DNA of 64,000 nt from the NCBI GenBank assembly GCA_965222225.1, contig CBDCTK010000002.1, forward strand, positions 2,048,001 to 2,112,000. Reading direction: 5' to 3'. A program made the translations under genes and the position numbers. The notes below the pieces were generated by a model. That model had not been told where the DNA came from, searched no databases, and saw nothing but the letters and a program-made list of their open reading frames with translations. Below, in pieces: positions 51,607 to 61,421 of the stretch. The first letter of the stretch is position 1. Each line of letters starts with the position of its first letter. The stretch is from Candidatus Poribacteria bacterium. Its GTDB lineage: Bacteria; Poribacteria; WGA-4E; JAJDTR01.

Positions 51607-53592
51607 CTATTCCAGTTTATTTTGCTGAGCATCCCATATTCGAATTGCGTTGGTTCCACCCGGATCGGCCCCGCTCCCACTTATTAGGTTGAGTCCGTCG
51701 GGAGTAAATGCCAGGGCACTGACCGGATTGTCCCATTCATAGTCGAGCAAGAGTCCACCTGTTTCCACATTCCACAACCGAATTGTTTTGTTGGCGTAAA
51801 CGCCGAAACTATAATTGGCATTTGCGCTTCCGGTTGCTAAGGTATGCCCATCAGGGGAAAAAGCGACAGAGTTGACCACAGTCGAATGTTCAAGCGTCTG
51901 CCGATTTTCGCCGCTTCGGACATCCCATAACTTAGCCGTTTTGTCCGCGCTACCGCTCGCCATCGTGAGCCCATCCGCAGCCAACGCAACCGACGTAATA
52001 TCTTCCGCATGTCCTTGCAGGGCGTGGAGACTTTCTCCAGTCAAAGCATTCCACACTCTGACTGTCTTGTCCGAACTACCGCTCGCAAGTATTGACCCGT
52101 CCGGAGCGAACGCTACAGAAGTGACGATGTCTGTATGCCCCTTCAAGGTACGCAGATGGCTGCCTGTGCGTACATCCCACAATCGAACTGTCTTGTCCCC
52201 ACTCGCACTCGCAAGCAGCGGCGCGGCCGAAGAATAGGCAATGGAAGTGACGGCACCTGTATGCCCTGTTAGAGTCCTAAGTAGTTTCCCAGAATCGACG
52301 TCCCACAGTAGAACGGCCTTACCAACTCGCATTACATCATCCATTTCACCAACCAGTAAAGGAATGGTCCCGTCACTCCCCCAAAAGAGTCCGGCGCCGC
52401 TAGCCAATGTAAATCCGTCTGGAGAGAACGCTACGCAGCCGAACGCTCGGGCTTCCGAATTACGGAATCCAAAGGGCATAATAATGCGTCGCCCATTTTC
52501 GGGATTTATCACATCAATTAGGGATCCCATGCTTCCTATAGCAAGTTTCAGACCATCGCGAGAGAGCGCAACCGAAGTGACTGGGCGCCCCCGGGGGAAC
52601 GTCAATCGGGGACGCCTAATGCGCGTGTCCCATAGAAGTATCGTATTGGGCCAACTCCCGCTGGCAATCGTAAGTCCATCGGGAGAGAACGCAATCGAAT
52701 TGACGTCATTCTCATGTCCCTTGAGGGTCTGAAGGTGTCGCAGAGTGTGAGCATCCCACAATCGAACCTCCCACGGATGTCCGCTAGCCAGTGTAGCTCC
52801 ATCGGGGGAGAACGCTAGTGAAGTGACCTTGGGGTGATTCATCTCCGAGTTCCGCAAACTTTTTCCAGAATTAGCGTCCCAGAACCGGATAGTACGGTCG
52901 CCACCCCCACTAACGAGCATCGAGCCATCAGGCGAGAAGGCCAAGCCATAGACCGAATATGTATGCCCTTCAAGCCAATGCAATAGTTCCCCCGTTCGAA
53001 CATCCCACAGCCCTATCTTCATATCTTCGGCCATGCTGCCAGAGGCAAGTATGCTTCCATCAGGGGAAAACGCCACGGTATAGACCCAACTCGTGTGTCC
53101 GTTTAAGGTTTGCTTGTGCGCTCCTGTGTGAGAATCCCACAATCGGATTGTAGTGTCACCACTCCCACTAGCGAGCATCAATCCATCAGGCGAGAAGACA
53201 ACCGACATTACCTCCTCGGTGTGTCCAGAAAGGGTCTGTAGACTCTGTCCGGTGCGGGAGTCCCACAGTCGAACTGTGTTGTCTCCACTTCCACTACCCA
53301 CGGTGAAGCCATCGGGAGAGAATGCCACCGACGTTACATTCTCGGTGTGTCCCGTGAGTAGCGCGACTTCGGCACCGCTCTTTACATCATAAATCCAAAT
53401 GTGGAGTCCCCTAGCCACTGTAAGCTTAGTCCCGTCCGGTGAATAGGCGAGGTCATGCATCAACCCACCGCCAAGTTTGGCTTTCGCACCCTCGGGCACC
53501 TCCGATCGGTGCAAATACTGGGTATAGCTATCGTATGGAAGCAGAGCAGAAAGAAACAAAAAGCCGAAGATGGCAGAATGAATTCTTTTCAT
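51607..53592 (-). CDS. Secreted WD40-repeat protein
   Basis: Signal peptide; about 14 GH...VAFSPDG..LASGS.D.TVRLWD repeats. Confidence 0.93.
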   Translation of the reverse strand: MKRIHSAIFGFLFLSALLPYDSYTQYLHRSEVPEGAKAKLGGGLMHDLAYSPDGTKLTVARGLHIWIYDVKSGAEVALLTGHTENVTSVAFSPDGFTVGSGSGDNTVRLWDSRTGQSLQTLSGHTEEVMSVVFSPDGLMLASGSGDTTIRLWDSHTGAHKQTLNGHTSWVYTVAFSPDGSILASGSMAEDMKIGLWDVRTGELLHWLEGHTYSVYGLAFSPDGSMLVSGGGDRTIRFWDANSGKSLRNSEMNHPKVTSLAFSPDGATLASGHPWEVRLWDAHTLRHLQTLKGHENDVNSIAFSPDGLTIASGSWPNTILLWDTRIRRPRLTFPRGRPVTSVALSRDGLKLAIGSMGSLIDVINPENGRRIIMPFGFRNSEARAFGCVAFSPDGFTLASGAGLFWGSDGTIPLLVGEMDDVMRVGKAVLLWDVDSGKLLRTLTGHTGAVTSIAYSSAAPLLASASGDKTVRLWDVRTGSHLRTLKGHTDIVTSVAFAPDGSILASGSSDKTVRVWNALTGESLHALQGHAEDITSVALAADGLTMASGSADKTAKLWDVRSGENRQTLEHSTVVNSVAFSPDGHTLATGSANANYSFGVYANKTIRLWNVETGGLLLDYEWDNPVSALAFTPDGLNLISGSGADPGGTNAIRIWDAQQNKLE

Positions 53593-53809
53593 TCGTGATT
53601 CTCCTTGACGAGGTTATTCCAGTAAAAATATCCGATTTGCATAGTTGACAATCTACCTTTTAATCAAGGCACATTTCGCACTAGGAACGAGAAATTTTCC
53701 GCGCCATCAATTGTACTTTACTATATTTTTGATGTGCACAGTTGGTTTACACTTGTAGTAGAATTTGTAGTTTTCGGTCCAACAAAATACCTAGATTCCA
53801 TGTGACTAT

Positions 53810-54922
53810 TTAAGTTGTATGGCTAAGGTATGGTATGTTCACAAACTTCAAGCACACAGGGGCTGGTACCTCAGTTATCTGTCCTGTTGGATTAAGATCT
53901 CCCGTCTCTTCGTTGATTCGGAAGCTAACAATTGTGTTGCTAGCCTGATTGGCAGCAAGTAGGTACGTTCCGGATGGGACAATCCCAAAATTCCGAGGCG
54001 TTTCTCCTTGAGTTGGCTCATGGCCTACGGCGCTGAGTTTACCTGTAACCTCGTCAATTTCAAAAATGGCAATGCTGTCGTGGCCTCGGTTGGAACCATA
54101 GAGGAATTTACCAGACGGGTGGACGTGCACATCGGCGGTATAGCTAGTGTCGGAGAAATTTTCGGGAAGGGTCGAAATCGTTTGAATTTCATGCAGCGCA
54201 CCGCTAGCTTCGTCATAAGCGAATCCGGTAATGGTAGAGTCAAGTTCATTGATGACATAGGCATGTCCTCGGTTGGGATGAAAATCGAAGTGGCGTGGTC
54301 CTGCTCCGGCCTTAACCGGGGCACACGGCGGGTCATTGGGAATCAACTTCCCCTCGGTAAGGTCAAGTCGATAACTCATGATTTTATCAAGCCCCAGATC
54401 CGGCGCAAAGGCATAACAATTAGTCGGGTCAGTTATAATCGAATGAGCGTGTGGTGCTTCCTGTCGTTGGGGATTGACACTAGAGCCGTTGTGCTGAACG
54501 AAGTCGGATGCTTCACCGAGCCCTCCATCGTCCTGTATCGGAAGCACGCACACACTGCCGCCCCCATAATTTGCTACGAGTACAAATTTGCCGGTATTGT
54601 CAACTGTGAGATGACACGGACCTGTTCCGACCGAGGACTCTCGATTCAAAAACGTCAATGCGCCGCTTGTTTGGTCAATGGCAAACGAACTTACGCTCCC
54701 GCTCGGTTTACCTCCAAACTCGCTAATCTCGTTGACAGCGTAAAGATATCGCTGTTGAGGATGGATAGCCAAGAAAGAAGGATTTTCCCCTGCTTCCGTG
54801 GTACTAGAAAGTTCCAAAGCGCCAGTGATTGGATTCACGCGATAGACGTAAATGCCTTCACTCTCGCCTGTGGTATAGGTACCGACATAAAGGCAAAGTG
54901 TCTCGCCGTGATTCTCGGACAT
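53810..54922 (-). CDS. pgl: 6-phosphogluconolactonase / lactonase family 7-bladed propeller
   Basis: YVGTYT, NPSFL, ANYGGG, RQEAPHAH, GAGPRH, SNRGHDS, PRNF. Confidence 0.85.
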   Translation of the reverse strand: MSENHGETLCLYVGTYTTGESEGIYVYRVNPITGALELSSTTEAGENPSFLAIHPQQRYLYAVNEISEFGGKPSGSVSSFAIDQTSGALTFLNRESSVGTGPCHLTVDNTGKFVLVANYGGGSVCVLPIQDDGGLGEASDFVQHNGSSVNPQRQEAPHAHSIITDPTNCYAFAPDLGLDKIMSYRLDLTEGKLIPNDPPCAPVKAGAGPRHFDFHPNRGHAYVINELDSTITGFAYDEASGALHEIQTISTLPENFSDTSYTADVHVHPSGKFLYGSNRGHDSIAIFEIDEVTGKLSAVGHEPTQGETPRNFGIVPSGTYLLAANQASNTIVSFRINEETGDLNPTGQITEVPAPVCLKFVNIPYLSHTT

Positions 54923-55155
54923 GGTAAGTTGTCCCCTCGCTTTTAGGATGGTGACTCCACGAACAAAGTGGCAAATTTGAAGTCTATCAAAGTGCTAAAC
55001 CTACGTCAATGAAAATGCCAGCCAACAAACGGCGATTGATGAAAAAAACAGGGACTTCACAAAAGATGGGAAGGGATGGGTGTGTAGTGCACAATGGCAA
55101 GAGGTTACCGAACCATGCAAAGGCGGAAAAGAAAGCTAACAGTCATGAATTACCG

Positions 55156-56841
55156 CTACTGCAATATGTGCACGCGGTTCTTTCCACGCACGGTTTCATC
55201 GGGCATGACAATCGGCATTTCTACTACGGCTATAAGCCTTCCGTCAGCACTTATGTCTACCGTATCGTAAGGAAGTTGCCCCTCCGTACGAAAGGTGTAA
55301 AGGTATTTGTCAAGACCGCCACCTTTTTCCTGCAGATTGAAGACAGAGACACCGTGTAACTGCTGAACACTGGTTCGGTTATATTTCGATTGACTGACAA
55401 CAGCATATTTTCCTGCAGCATCAATTTGCAAAGCTTGAGGCATGTTGTCCAATTTCCACTGCCAAATCTTTTCGCCCATCCACGAATAGGCGAATAGTGT
55501 CATACCATTTGGATGCGCGGATGGCGGTTGTTGTGCTCCTTTCTTAAGATGATAAGGAATATAGGTGTCGCCGGTTACAAACAAGGCAAACTCGTTTGTG
55601 GCGCCAATGGTGCCCGTAGTTGCGGTAATGGGGACTTCGCTGACTTGAAGAGGTGTTGTGAGGTTGGCTTTCCAATGGTTGTCGGCATGGGTCGCATTAA
55701 AGATGAAAACTCTTCCATCGTCTGTCGATACATTTATCCACGATCCATCGGGCGAGATACCTACGCTGCGCCAGAACGTCACCGCCCCATAGTAGGGCTT
55801 CAGCGAGTCGAACGTGTAATTCCATCGGTCTGCCCCGGTTTCGCCGTCAATCACGTATAGCGTACCCGATTTGTATCGTGACGACCCTCCGATAACTCCT
55901 CCGTCGCAGACAAGTACAATAGTTCTTCCGTCTTGACTGTAGTCAAACCATTTGATATTCATTGGAATTGCTTGATCGCTAGGCCACTTCCATTTTATTT
56001 TACCGGTTGTGTTGTCGAAACGGTAGAACTGCGCCTTTTTCAAGCTCTTGCCATCCTTCGTCCACGAATGGTTCGCTGCTGCGAGGAGCTCGCCATCGTT
56101 AGTCACAGCCATTCGATAAGGTCCCGGATACTGCACCCACCCGTAAACATCATTCGGGTCGTCGGGATGGGAGGTATCAATGTCGTTCGCTGTCCTGTAG
56201 CTCCATAACAGTGCAGGCTTCTTGTCGGACAGCCTGTAAGCGTATATCAAGCCTTCGGCGGATTGTTCGCCTATGTAAAAGCGAGTGCCGTCAGGACTGA
56301 ATGTCGCGTGTTTCACATAACCTTCCGAAATTCGTGTGGTCCAGATATTTACTCCCGTTAGTGGGTTTACAATTGCCAGATGGCCGGTATCCGTTGCAAT
56401 AGCGAGTTGGCTGCCATCAGGAGAGAAGGCGACAGTGGATGGAACGGCAGGGCGTTTTAGATTTGCTAACAGTGAAAGCATCGAATCCAACTCAATCATA
56501 CGCACCCGATACACGCTTGGCTTGAGCGGTGAAATTTGGCGCCCTTCAAGATTCAAAGAATCAACACGAATTTGATAGGACGTAGCAGGTTGCCATGCAA
56601 ATTGAAGAAAAAGGCGGTCGCCGTCAATCGGTAGTACATTAACCGGGAGCATGCCCGCATCAGATTGGACTTGCGCCCGAATGCGCATCGTCAGATCGTG
56701 CTGGGCCTCAATGACGACCCCTTGTCTAGTGAAAGTAATGTCATCGTGTTGAATCTCCGCGCCGTAAGCAGCGCAGATTGAAACCATAATGCAGAATAAA
56801 TAGGCGAGAGATATCTTCAAACGTAGTTTCCCATTATTCAT
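55156..56841 (-). CDS. Exported PQQ/WD40-like beta-propeller protein (3rd gene of the B12 operon)
   Basis: Signal peptide, AFSPDG/TFSPDG/ISPDG/ISADG blades, G...W tryptophan docking motifs. Confidence 0.7.
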   Translation of the reverse strand: MNNGKLRLKISLAYLFCIMVSICAAYGAEIQHDDITFTRQGVVIEAQHDLTMRIRAQVQSDAGMLPVNVLPIDGDRLFLQFAWQPATSYQIRVDSLNLEGRQISPLKPSVYRVRMIELDSMLSLLANLKRPAVPSTVAFSPDGSQLAIATDTGHLAIVNPLTGVNIWTTRISEGYVKHATFSPDGTRFYIGEQSAEGLIYAYRLSDKKPALLWSYRTANDIDTSHPDDPNDVYGWVQYPGPYRMAVTNDGELLAAANHSWTKDGKSLKKAQFYRFDNTTGKIKWKWPSDQAIPMNIKWFDYSQDGRTIVLVCDGGVIGGSSRYKSGTLYVIDGETGADRWNYTFDSLKPYYGAVTFWRSVGISPDGSWINVSTDDGRVFIFNATHADNHWKANLTTPLQVSEVPITATTGTIGATNEFALFVTGDTYIPYHLKKGAQQPPSAHPNGMTLFAYSWMGEKIWQWKLDNMPQALQIDAAGKYAVVSQSKYNRTSVQQLHGVSVFNLQEKGGGLDKYLYTFRTEGQLPYDTVDISADGRLIAVVEMPIVMPDETVRGKNRVHILQ

Positions 56842-57056
56842 ACAATGCCTCCATAAGCGTAGAAGTGATTTTGCCGGCGTAAGAATTGGGGACTTGATAA
56901 CCACGGCATTTTTAAAAATTCACGGGCAAAATGTGGATTTGACAATCTAATTCAAGCGGAAACAAACAGTGCACGTTATGCTTGGCAACTCAAAAGATTA
57001 GAAATGATTGTGCCGCAAAACATGGATAGACACCCAAATCTATCGCCGTTCACACA

Positions 57057-59048
57057 TCATTCTGACACGCGCCAAAGCCCCCATCCCAAACGCTTTCCCA
57101 AAAGCACGCCGACAAGAGTGTAGATAAACCCGTCGACCAAGCACCGGGAAATAATATACCATTCGGCATAAAAAAGGCGGTACAGTGTCATACTAATCTG
57201 GAAATCGACGTAAACGGCGATGGAGTCACACACGCCAAACACCAACGCAAGCGGTAACAGGTGACGGCCGTTTCGGACAATCTTAAAGCCTATTTCCAAG
57301 AGCAAGACGCTCACGCCCGTATACACCAGCGTTGTTGGATTGAATAATCCCAGTACCACACCGCCCAGCAACAGTCGAACGAGGGATACTAACGTTATAA
57401 CGCCCGGTTTGGGAATGAGCATTAACAACGCTGTCAACAGCGCGTAGTACAGCATTTCGTTGATCAGTCCCGTAACCAGAAATGAGGCGGGACCGAGCAA
57501 CGCGGGGATCAAGTTGGCGAGCAATGTCGACGGAATGCTAACGGCGATAAAGATGGTTGTGCCAAAAAGAGCGACCAAGATGAGTTGCTTCGTGGCGAAG
57601 CGAGAAAAGATAGATTGATGATAGCTGAAAAAAAGAACAAGCCCTATGATTGTGCCGGCGAATGCACATACCGTAACAACAAGGGCTTGCTGATTTGGAG
57701 TCCTGATGTGCAAGGGTCTCGTTGCACGAAGTACCGTTGTGTCGCTCCCCCAAACCTTTACCTCTATCTCCCGTTCATAGCTGCCTCTACCCTTAAATCC
57801 GCGCGATGCATCTTCTCGGGCTATTGATGGATTGAAGAAGATTGGTAAAGGCACATCCGTGGTGTTATGAGGGGCCAAACTTACAAAAGCAAAACTTCGG
57901 TTTGTGCCCGCGTTAAATTCGTCTGGCGGAACGAGGAAAGGAACGGGGCTTCCGTGCTTTGTGTCAAGGTTCACTGCCGAAACAAGTAGATGTACCGTAT
58001 TTTCGCCATTATTTCGAAGACGCACTGATTGGTACGTAATCGGCTGAAAATAGTTCGACTGTTCCGCTTTCACTCCCAACCACTTGCCAAGACGTCCAAA
58101 CGCGGGCTGCGGATAAGAAATTACATCCGGTTGTTGACGCGAATCCAAAATGCCAGCTTCGTCGGTCGGCATAAACACGTCCTCAATCGAGATTAGCGCG
58201 GCAATTTCATCACTCGTCGCTGATCGCAAAGAAACGGAAGTTTGCCGTTCCCAAGATTCTCCGTCGGCGGTTTTGAAGAGCACACTTCCGGAAATTCGTG
58301 ATGAATCGGGAAGCGGCTCCGCCGGGACATGTAACTCTACTTGCCGGTACCAGACCTCCGACTCAACCGTGAATCTCCCCGATGCGGATAATCGCCAATT
58401 CCCGCGTCCGTTACCATTATGTGCCGAATTGGACATCTCGACCACGTGTTTGGAACCGAATCCTTCTGGAACCTTCGCTACCTGAAGCGGATGAGGAATC
58501 TCGACATCTAATTCAAACCCAGCGGGTGCTCTCAAGCCATTTCGCACAAGCAAAGTCATTGTTATGTTGCTATCCTGAAGCACCAATGACTCGTCCGATG
58601 GGGTAACGGTGGAATCTGAATCGCCAAGGCTCTCCGTCGCAACGGTACCGTACGGAACAGCAATCTCAAGTGTGCCTTGTCGGTCTGACTGCGGGGCTCG
58701 CAGCGTCTTGGTTGAGGTTTCTCCCGATTCACCCTGAACCTCGAACCGGTATTCTATACCGTTCTTCCATCGAAAGTAGAGAGGCTCCGTAACGCGAGGG
58801 TAGCTGTCCAAACTGAGTTGAGCAACTACAAATTCATCCATGTCTGCTACGCTCCGGACGCGAATTTGTCGAATTTTTCTTCGATTGGTTGAGTCAAAGT
58901 GAACTTCGGCCCCGAGCGAGACAAATCTGACTTCCCAAGAAAGCGGCGCCTGCCCCCTTCCGCCTGAACAATTGGCGAATACGGTGACAAGAAAAACCAA
59001 CACAAAGGGATGAAACGCCAGTCGTAAATCACGAAGCATGGTGTGCAT
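57057..59048 (-). CDS. Putative lipoprotein with a large extracytoplasmic region fused to a C-terminal ECF S-component-like membrane domain
   Basis: Lipobox-like FANC; C-terminal ~200 aa with multiple TM helices, FATKQLILVALF and IPKPGVITL motifs. Confidence 0.6.
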   Translation of the reverse strand: MHTMLRDLRLAFHPFVLVFLVTVFANCSGGRGQAPLSWEVRFVSLGAEVHFDSTNRRKIRQIRVRSVADMDEFVVAQLSLDSYPRVTEPLYFRWKNGIEYRFEVQGESGETSTKTLRAPQSDRQGTLEIAVPYGTVATESLGDSDSTVTPSDESLVLQDSNITMTLLVRNGLRAPAGFELDVEIPHPLQVAKVPEGFGSKHVVEMSNSAHNGNGRGNWRLSASGRFTVESEVWYRQVELHVPAEPLPDSSRISGSVLFKTADGESWERQTSVSLRSATSDEIAALISIEDVFMPTDEAGILDSRQQPDVISYPQPAFGRLGKWLGVKAEQSNYFQPITYQSVRLRNNGENTVHLLVSAVNLDTKHGSPVPFLVPPDEFNAGTNRSFAFVSLAPHNTTDVPLPIFFNPSIAREDASRGFKGRGSYEREIEVKVWGSDTTVLRATRPLHIRTPNQQALVVTVCAFAGTIIGLVLFFSYHQSIFSRFATKQLILVALFGTTIFIAVSIPSTLLANLIPALLGPASFLVTGLINEMLYYALLTALLMLIPKPGVITLVSLVRLLLGGVVLGLFNPTTLVYTGVSVLLLEIGFKIVRNGRHLLPLALVFGVCDSIAVYVDFQISMTLYRLFYAEWYIISRCLVDGFIYTLVGVLLGKRLGWGLWRVSE

Positions 59049-59107
59049 TGATTTTAGGCTGTTGCCCCTGCGGAAACAGGGATGCGCCGGCGCCGCTTGG
59101 TAGAGGT

Positions 59108-60319
59108 TTAGTTATTGGATTTGAGTTTTCCCCAGCTCGTCGCTAGCTTGCCTTGCGGACTGACCGCTGTCAGGAGTGTCTCAACTTGGGCAAGCGCAAC
59201 TCCCGATGCACCGTGTCCCACGCGATAGGTTTCTAGCAACACCGCATTGGGCGAAACAACATACAACTCATCCATTCCACCGCCAGTCCAATCCGCTTTG
59301 GTGATATAAAGGTTGTCGTCTTGGTCAATCGCGCCGATACTACCCAAATCAGAGAACGGATTCTCCGGGCGATGTAGCCACTGGTTGCCCAGCAAGTCGT
59401 AAACGAGCAGTCCGCCAGAACTTATGAACAAGCGCTTCATACTATCAACTGCAGGGCTTCCGGCACTCTTTTCCAAGTCAATAGTATCTGCGATTTCATC
59501 AGTGACTGCGTCAATAATTACAACTGTCCCAGGTATGCCACCAGGAACAATCCAGTCGCCAACTCCTGCCGAAACCGCAATCACTTTGGATTCTCCGTCA
59601 TTTGTAATGCCAGAGGTATTAATCGGCATGGGAATGGTTTTCAAAACTGTGTCGTTGGCGGTGTCAATCACTGTGACGCTGCTATTGTCATCATAACTGA
59701 CATTCCAAGTGCCTTCTTCCTTCACATATGCGGAGTTCGCCACGTAAGCCTTGCCATTGAGCACTGTAATTCCGTCAGGCGCTTGGCCGGCGGGAATGCG
59801 TTTGATGACTCGATATCGGTTCAAATCCAGAACATCAACTTTGTCGCTATATAGCCCGGTAACATACGCTTTGGAAGACTCTACCAACGCGATTTGTTTC
59901 GGTGTTGTGTCTGAATCAATAGAGATTTTCCCTACGGTAGAGCGGGTCTGTAAGTCAATAACTTCGACATATCCCCCGCGCGGATCAAAAAACGGGTCTC
60001 GTATTTGGTTGACCACATATAACACATTTTCTTGGGCAATCAGATCGCTGGGTACTATGTCACCGAAAGGGATTTCCTCCTTCGCGACAGCTCGGGCCGC
60101 GTCAGGTTCGTCAAGATTGACGATTGACAGTGACGGGGAGATACCGACCTCAGGTTTGCTCAAGCCGTTAACAACGATTGCCAGATTGTTAATCTGATTC
60201 TGTGCGGTAACGGCATTTGGAATCAGGAAGAGTGCTGAAACGAAAACTGCGAATACTTTAACCCAATCAAGATGCCCCCTAGCGGAGCGGCGAAACGCGT
60301 TAAAACAGTGTGATAACAT
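59108..60319 (-). CDS. YncE/BtuG-like 7-bladed beta-propeller, putative cobalamin-binding surface protein
   Basis: Signal peptide, LYVVN, KAYVTG, PDGITVLNGKAYVANS, SVTVID; first gene after the B12 riboswitch; tail AVSPQGKLATSWGKLK. Confidence 0.75.
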   Translation of the reverse strand: MLSHCFNAFRRSARGHLDWVKVFAVFVSALFLIPNAVTAQNQINNLAIVVNGLSKPEVGISPSLSIVNLDEPDAARAVAKEEIPFGDIVPSDLIAQENVLYVVNQIRDPFFDPRGGYVEVIDLQTRSTVGKISIDSDTTPKQIALVESSKAYVTGLYSDKVDVLDLNRYRVIKRIPAGQAPDGITVLNGKAYVANSAYVKEEGTWNVSYDDNSSVTVIDTANDTVLKTIPMPINTSGITNDGESKVIAVSAGVGDWIVPGGIPGTVVIIDAVTDEIADTIDLEKSAGSPAVDSMKRLFISSGGLLVYDLLGNQWLHRPENPFSDLGSIGAIDQDDNLYITKADWTGGGMDELYVVSPNAVLLETYRVGHGASGVALAQVETLLTAVSPQGKLATSWGKLKSNN

Positions 60320-60519
60320 CGATGAATCCTTTCGTCCATCTGGGACAATGTGCTATTGCAACAAAAAACCCCAGCCTCCACAAGGGAAACTGGGGTACAG
60401 TTCTCTATTCATCCAATGCGCACATTGCGCGGCGTGCGGAGATTTTCTACCGCACTGTCCAGATAAGACGAAACCGATTTCTGTCTCACAGCCTTCCCGC
60501 GAAAGCCGATGCGTGAAAC

Positions 60520-60695
60520 GAATTCAGGAAGGTCTCCTGACTCACGACAACTCGTCGCCTGCCTTCCCATCCAACTGAATCTGGACAGTGGCGCTCTCGG
60601 GACGATATTCCGTCGCTTACAGTGGCGGGGCCATGGCGGATTTTCACCGCGCTTCCCTATTCTCCGACAACGTGGTAGTTGTCGGCCCCTGAATC
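60520..60695 (-). ncRNA. Cobalamin (B12) riboswitch
   Basis: AUAGGGAA-GCGCGGUGAAAAUCCGC-CCCCGCCACUGUAA ... GCCACUG ... GGGAAGG ... GAGUCAGGAGACC; P1 AUUCAGG/CCUGAAU. Confidence 0.95.
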
Positions 60696-60718
60696 CGAAA
60701 CTATTCAAATGTAGGCGG

Positions 60719-60747
60719 ATTCTAACACATGGATATAGGCATGTCAA
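60719..60747 (-). promoter_or_regulatory. sigma70 promoter of the B12 operon
   Basis: TTGACA-17 nt-TAGAAT with an extended -10 TG. Confidence 0.75.
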
Positions 60748-61115
60748 CTAAAAATTCGCACGCGCCGCAAGGAAACCGTATCTGATTGTAGGAAATCAAG
60801 CAAGTGGATATTGAGCGACAATCATCAAAACACCAATCTTCAATCTTTTCCTATCTCAAGATTTATAGCAGACTAATGACTTGAATTTCCTAGAGCGCTA
60901 GAAGTGATTGCCTTGCGTGCGCGGCGCTATCGGCGGGATCTCTTATGTGCGCACCCGCCGTTGATTTAAGCTGTCCACCCCGACAAATCTCGCAGTATTA
61001 GGTGGAATTGTTAATGCAAACGTGGTAGAATAATCAATAATTGGATATGCCGAAGTGTAGTCGTAGACAGGCTATTGGCTGGTAGGACAATTGACTTTCT
61101 TCCAGTTTTTCATCA

Positions 61116-61421
61116 GTGAAAGGACAAGACAAAATCGTGTTGACCTACAAAGCAATGTATAAATATCTTGATGAAGGGATTCATGCCGAAGTTTTGGACT
61201 TTCCGGGGGTCATCACCTCGGCAACTAATCTCGAAGAAGCCCGGCGATTGCTGGCAAGTGCATTGACGGACATGGCAGAAACCAATCTACTTCTCGGTGA
61301 ACCCCTTCCACAACCAGACACGACAGTTACCGATTTAGATGCAGATTTGGAAGAGCCAATCTACTTGATACTCAATGCAACTAATCAGGTCCTTCAGATT
61401 CCCCAAGAGAGCAATGCATGA
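61116..61421 (+). CDS. hicB: HicB-family antitoxin
   Basis: DFPGVITSATNLEEARRLLASAL...GEPLP. Confidence 0.82.
   Translation: MKGQDKIVLTYKAMYKYLDEGIHAEVLDFPGVITSATNLEEARRLLASALTDMAETNLLLGEPLPQPDTTVTDLDADLEEPIYLILNATNQVLQIPQESNA

Noticed and set aside
54008-54946. 312-aa plus-strand ORF and other long antisense ORFs (9058-9648, 20278-20955, 51815-52732)
   Set aside because: These are shadow frames of well-supported opposite-strand genes with no recognisable motifs
60310-60751. Short ORFs upstream of the YncE-like gene
   Set aside because: The region is explained by the cobalamin riboswitch and its promoter
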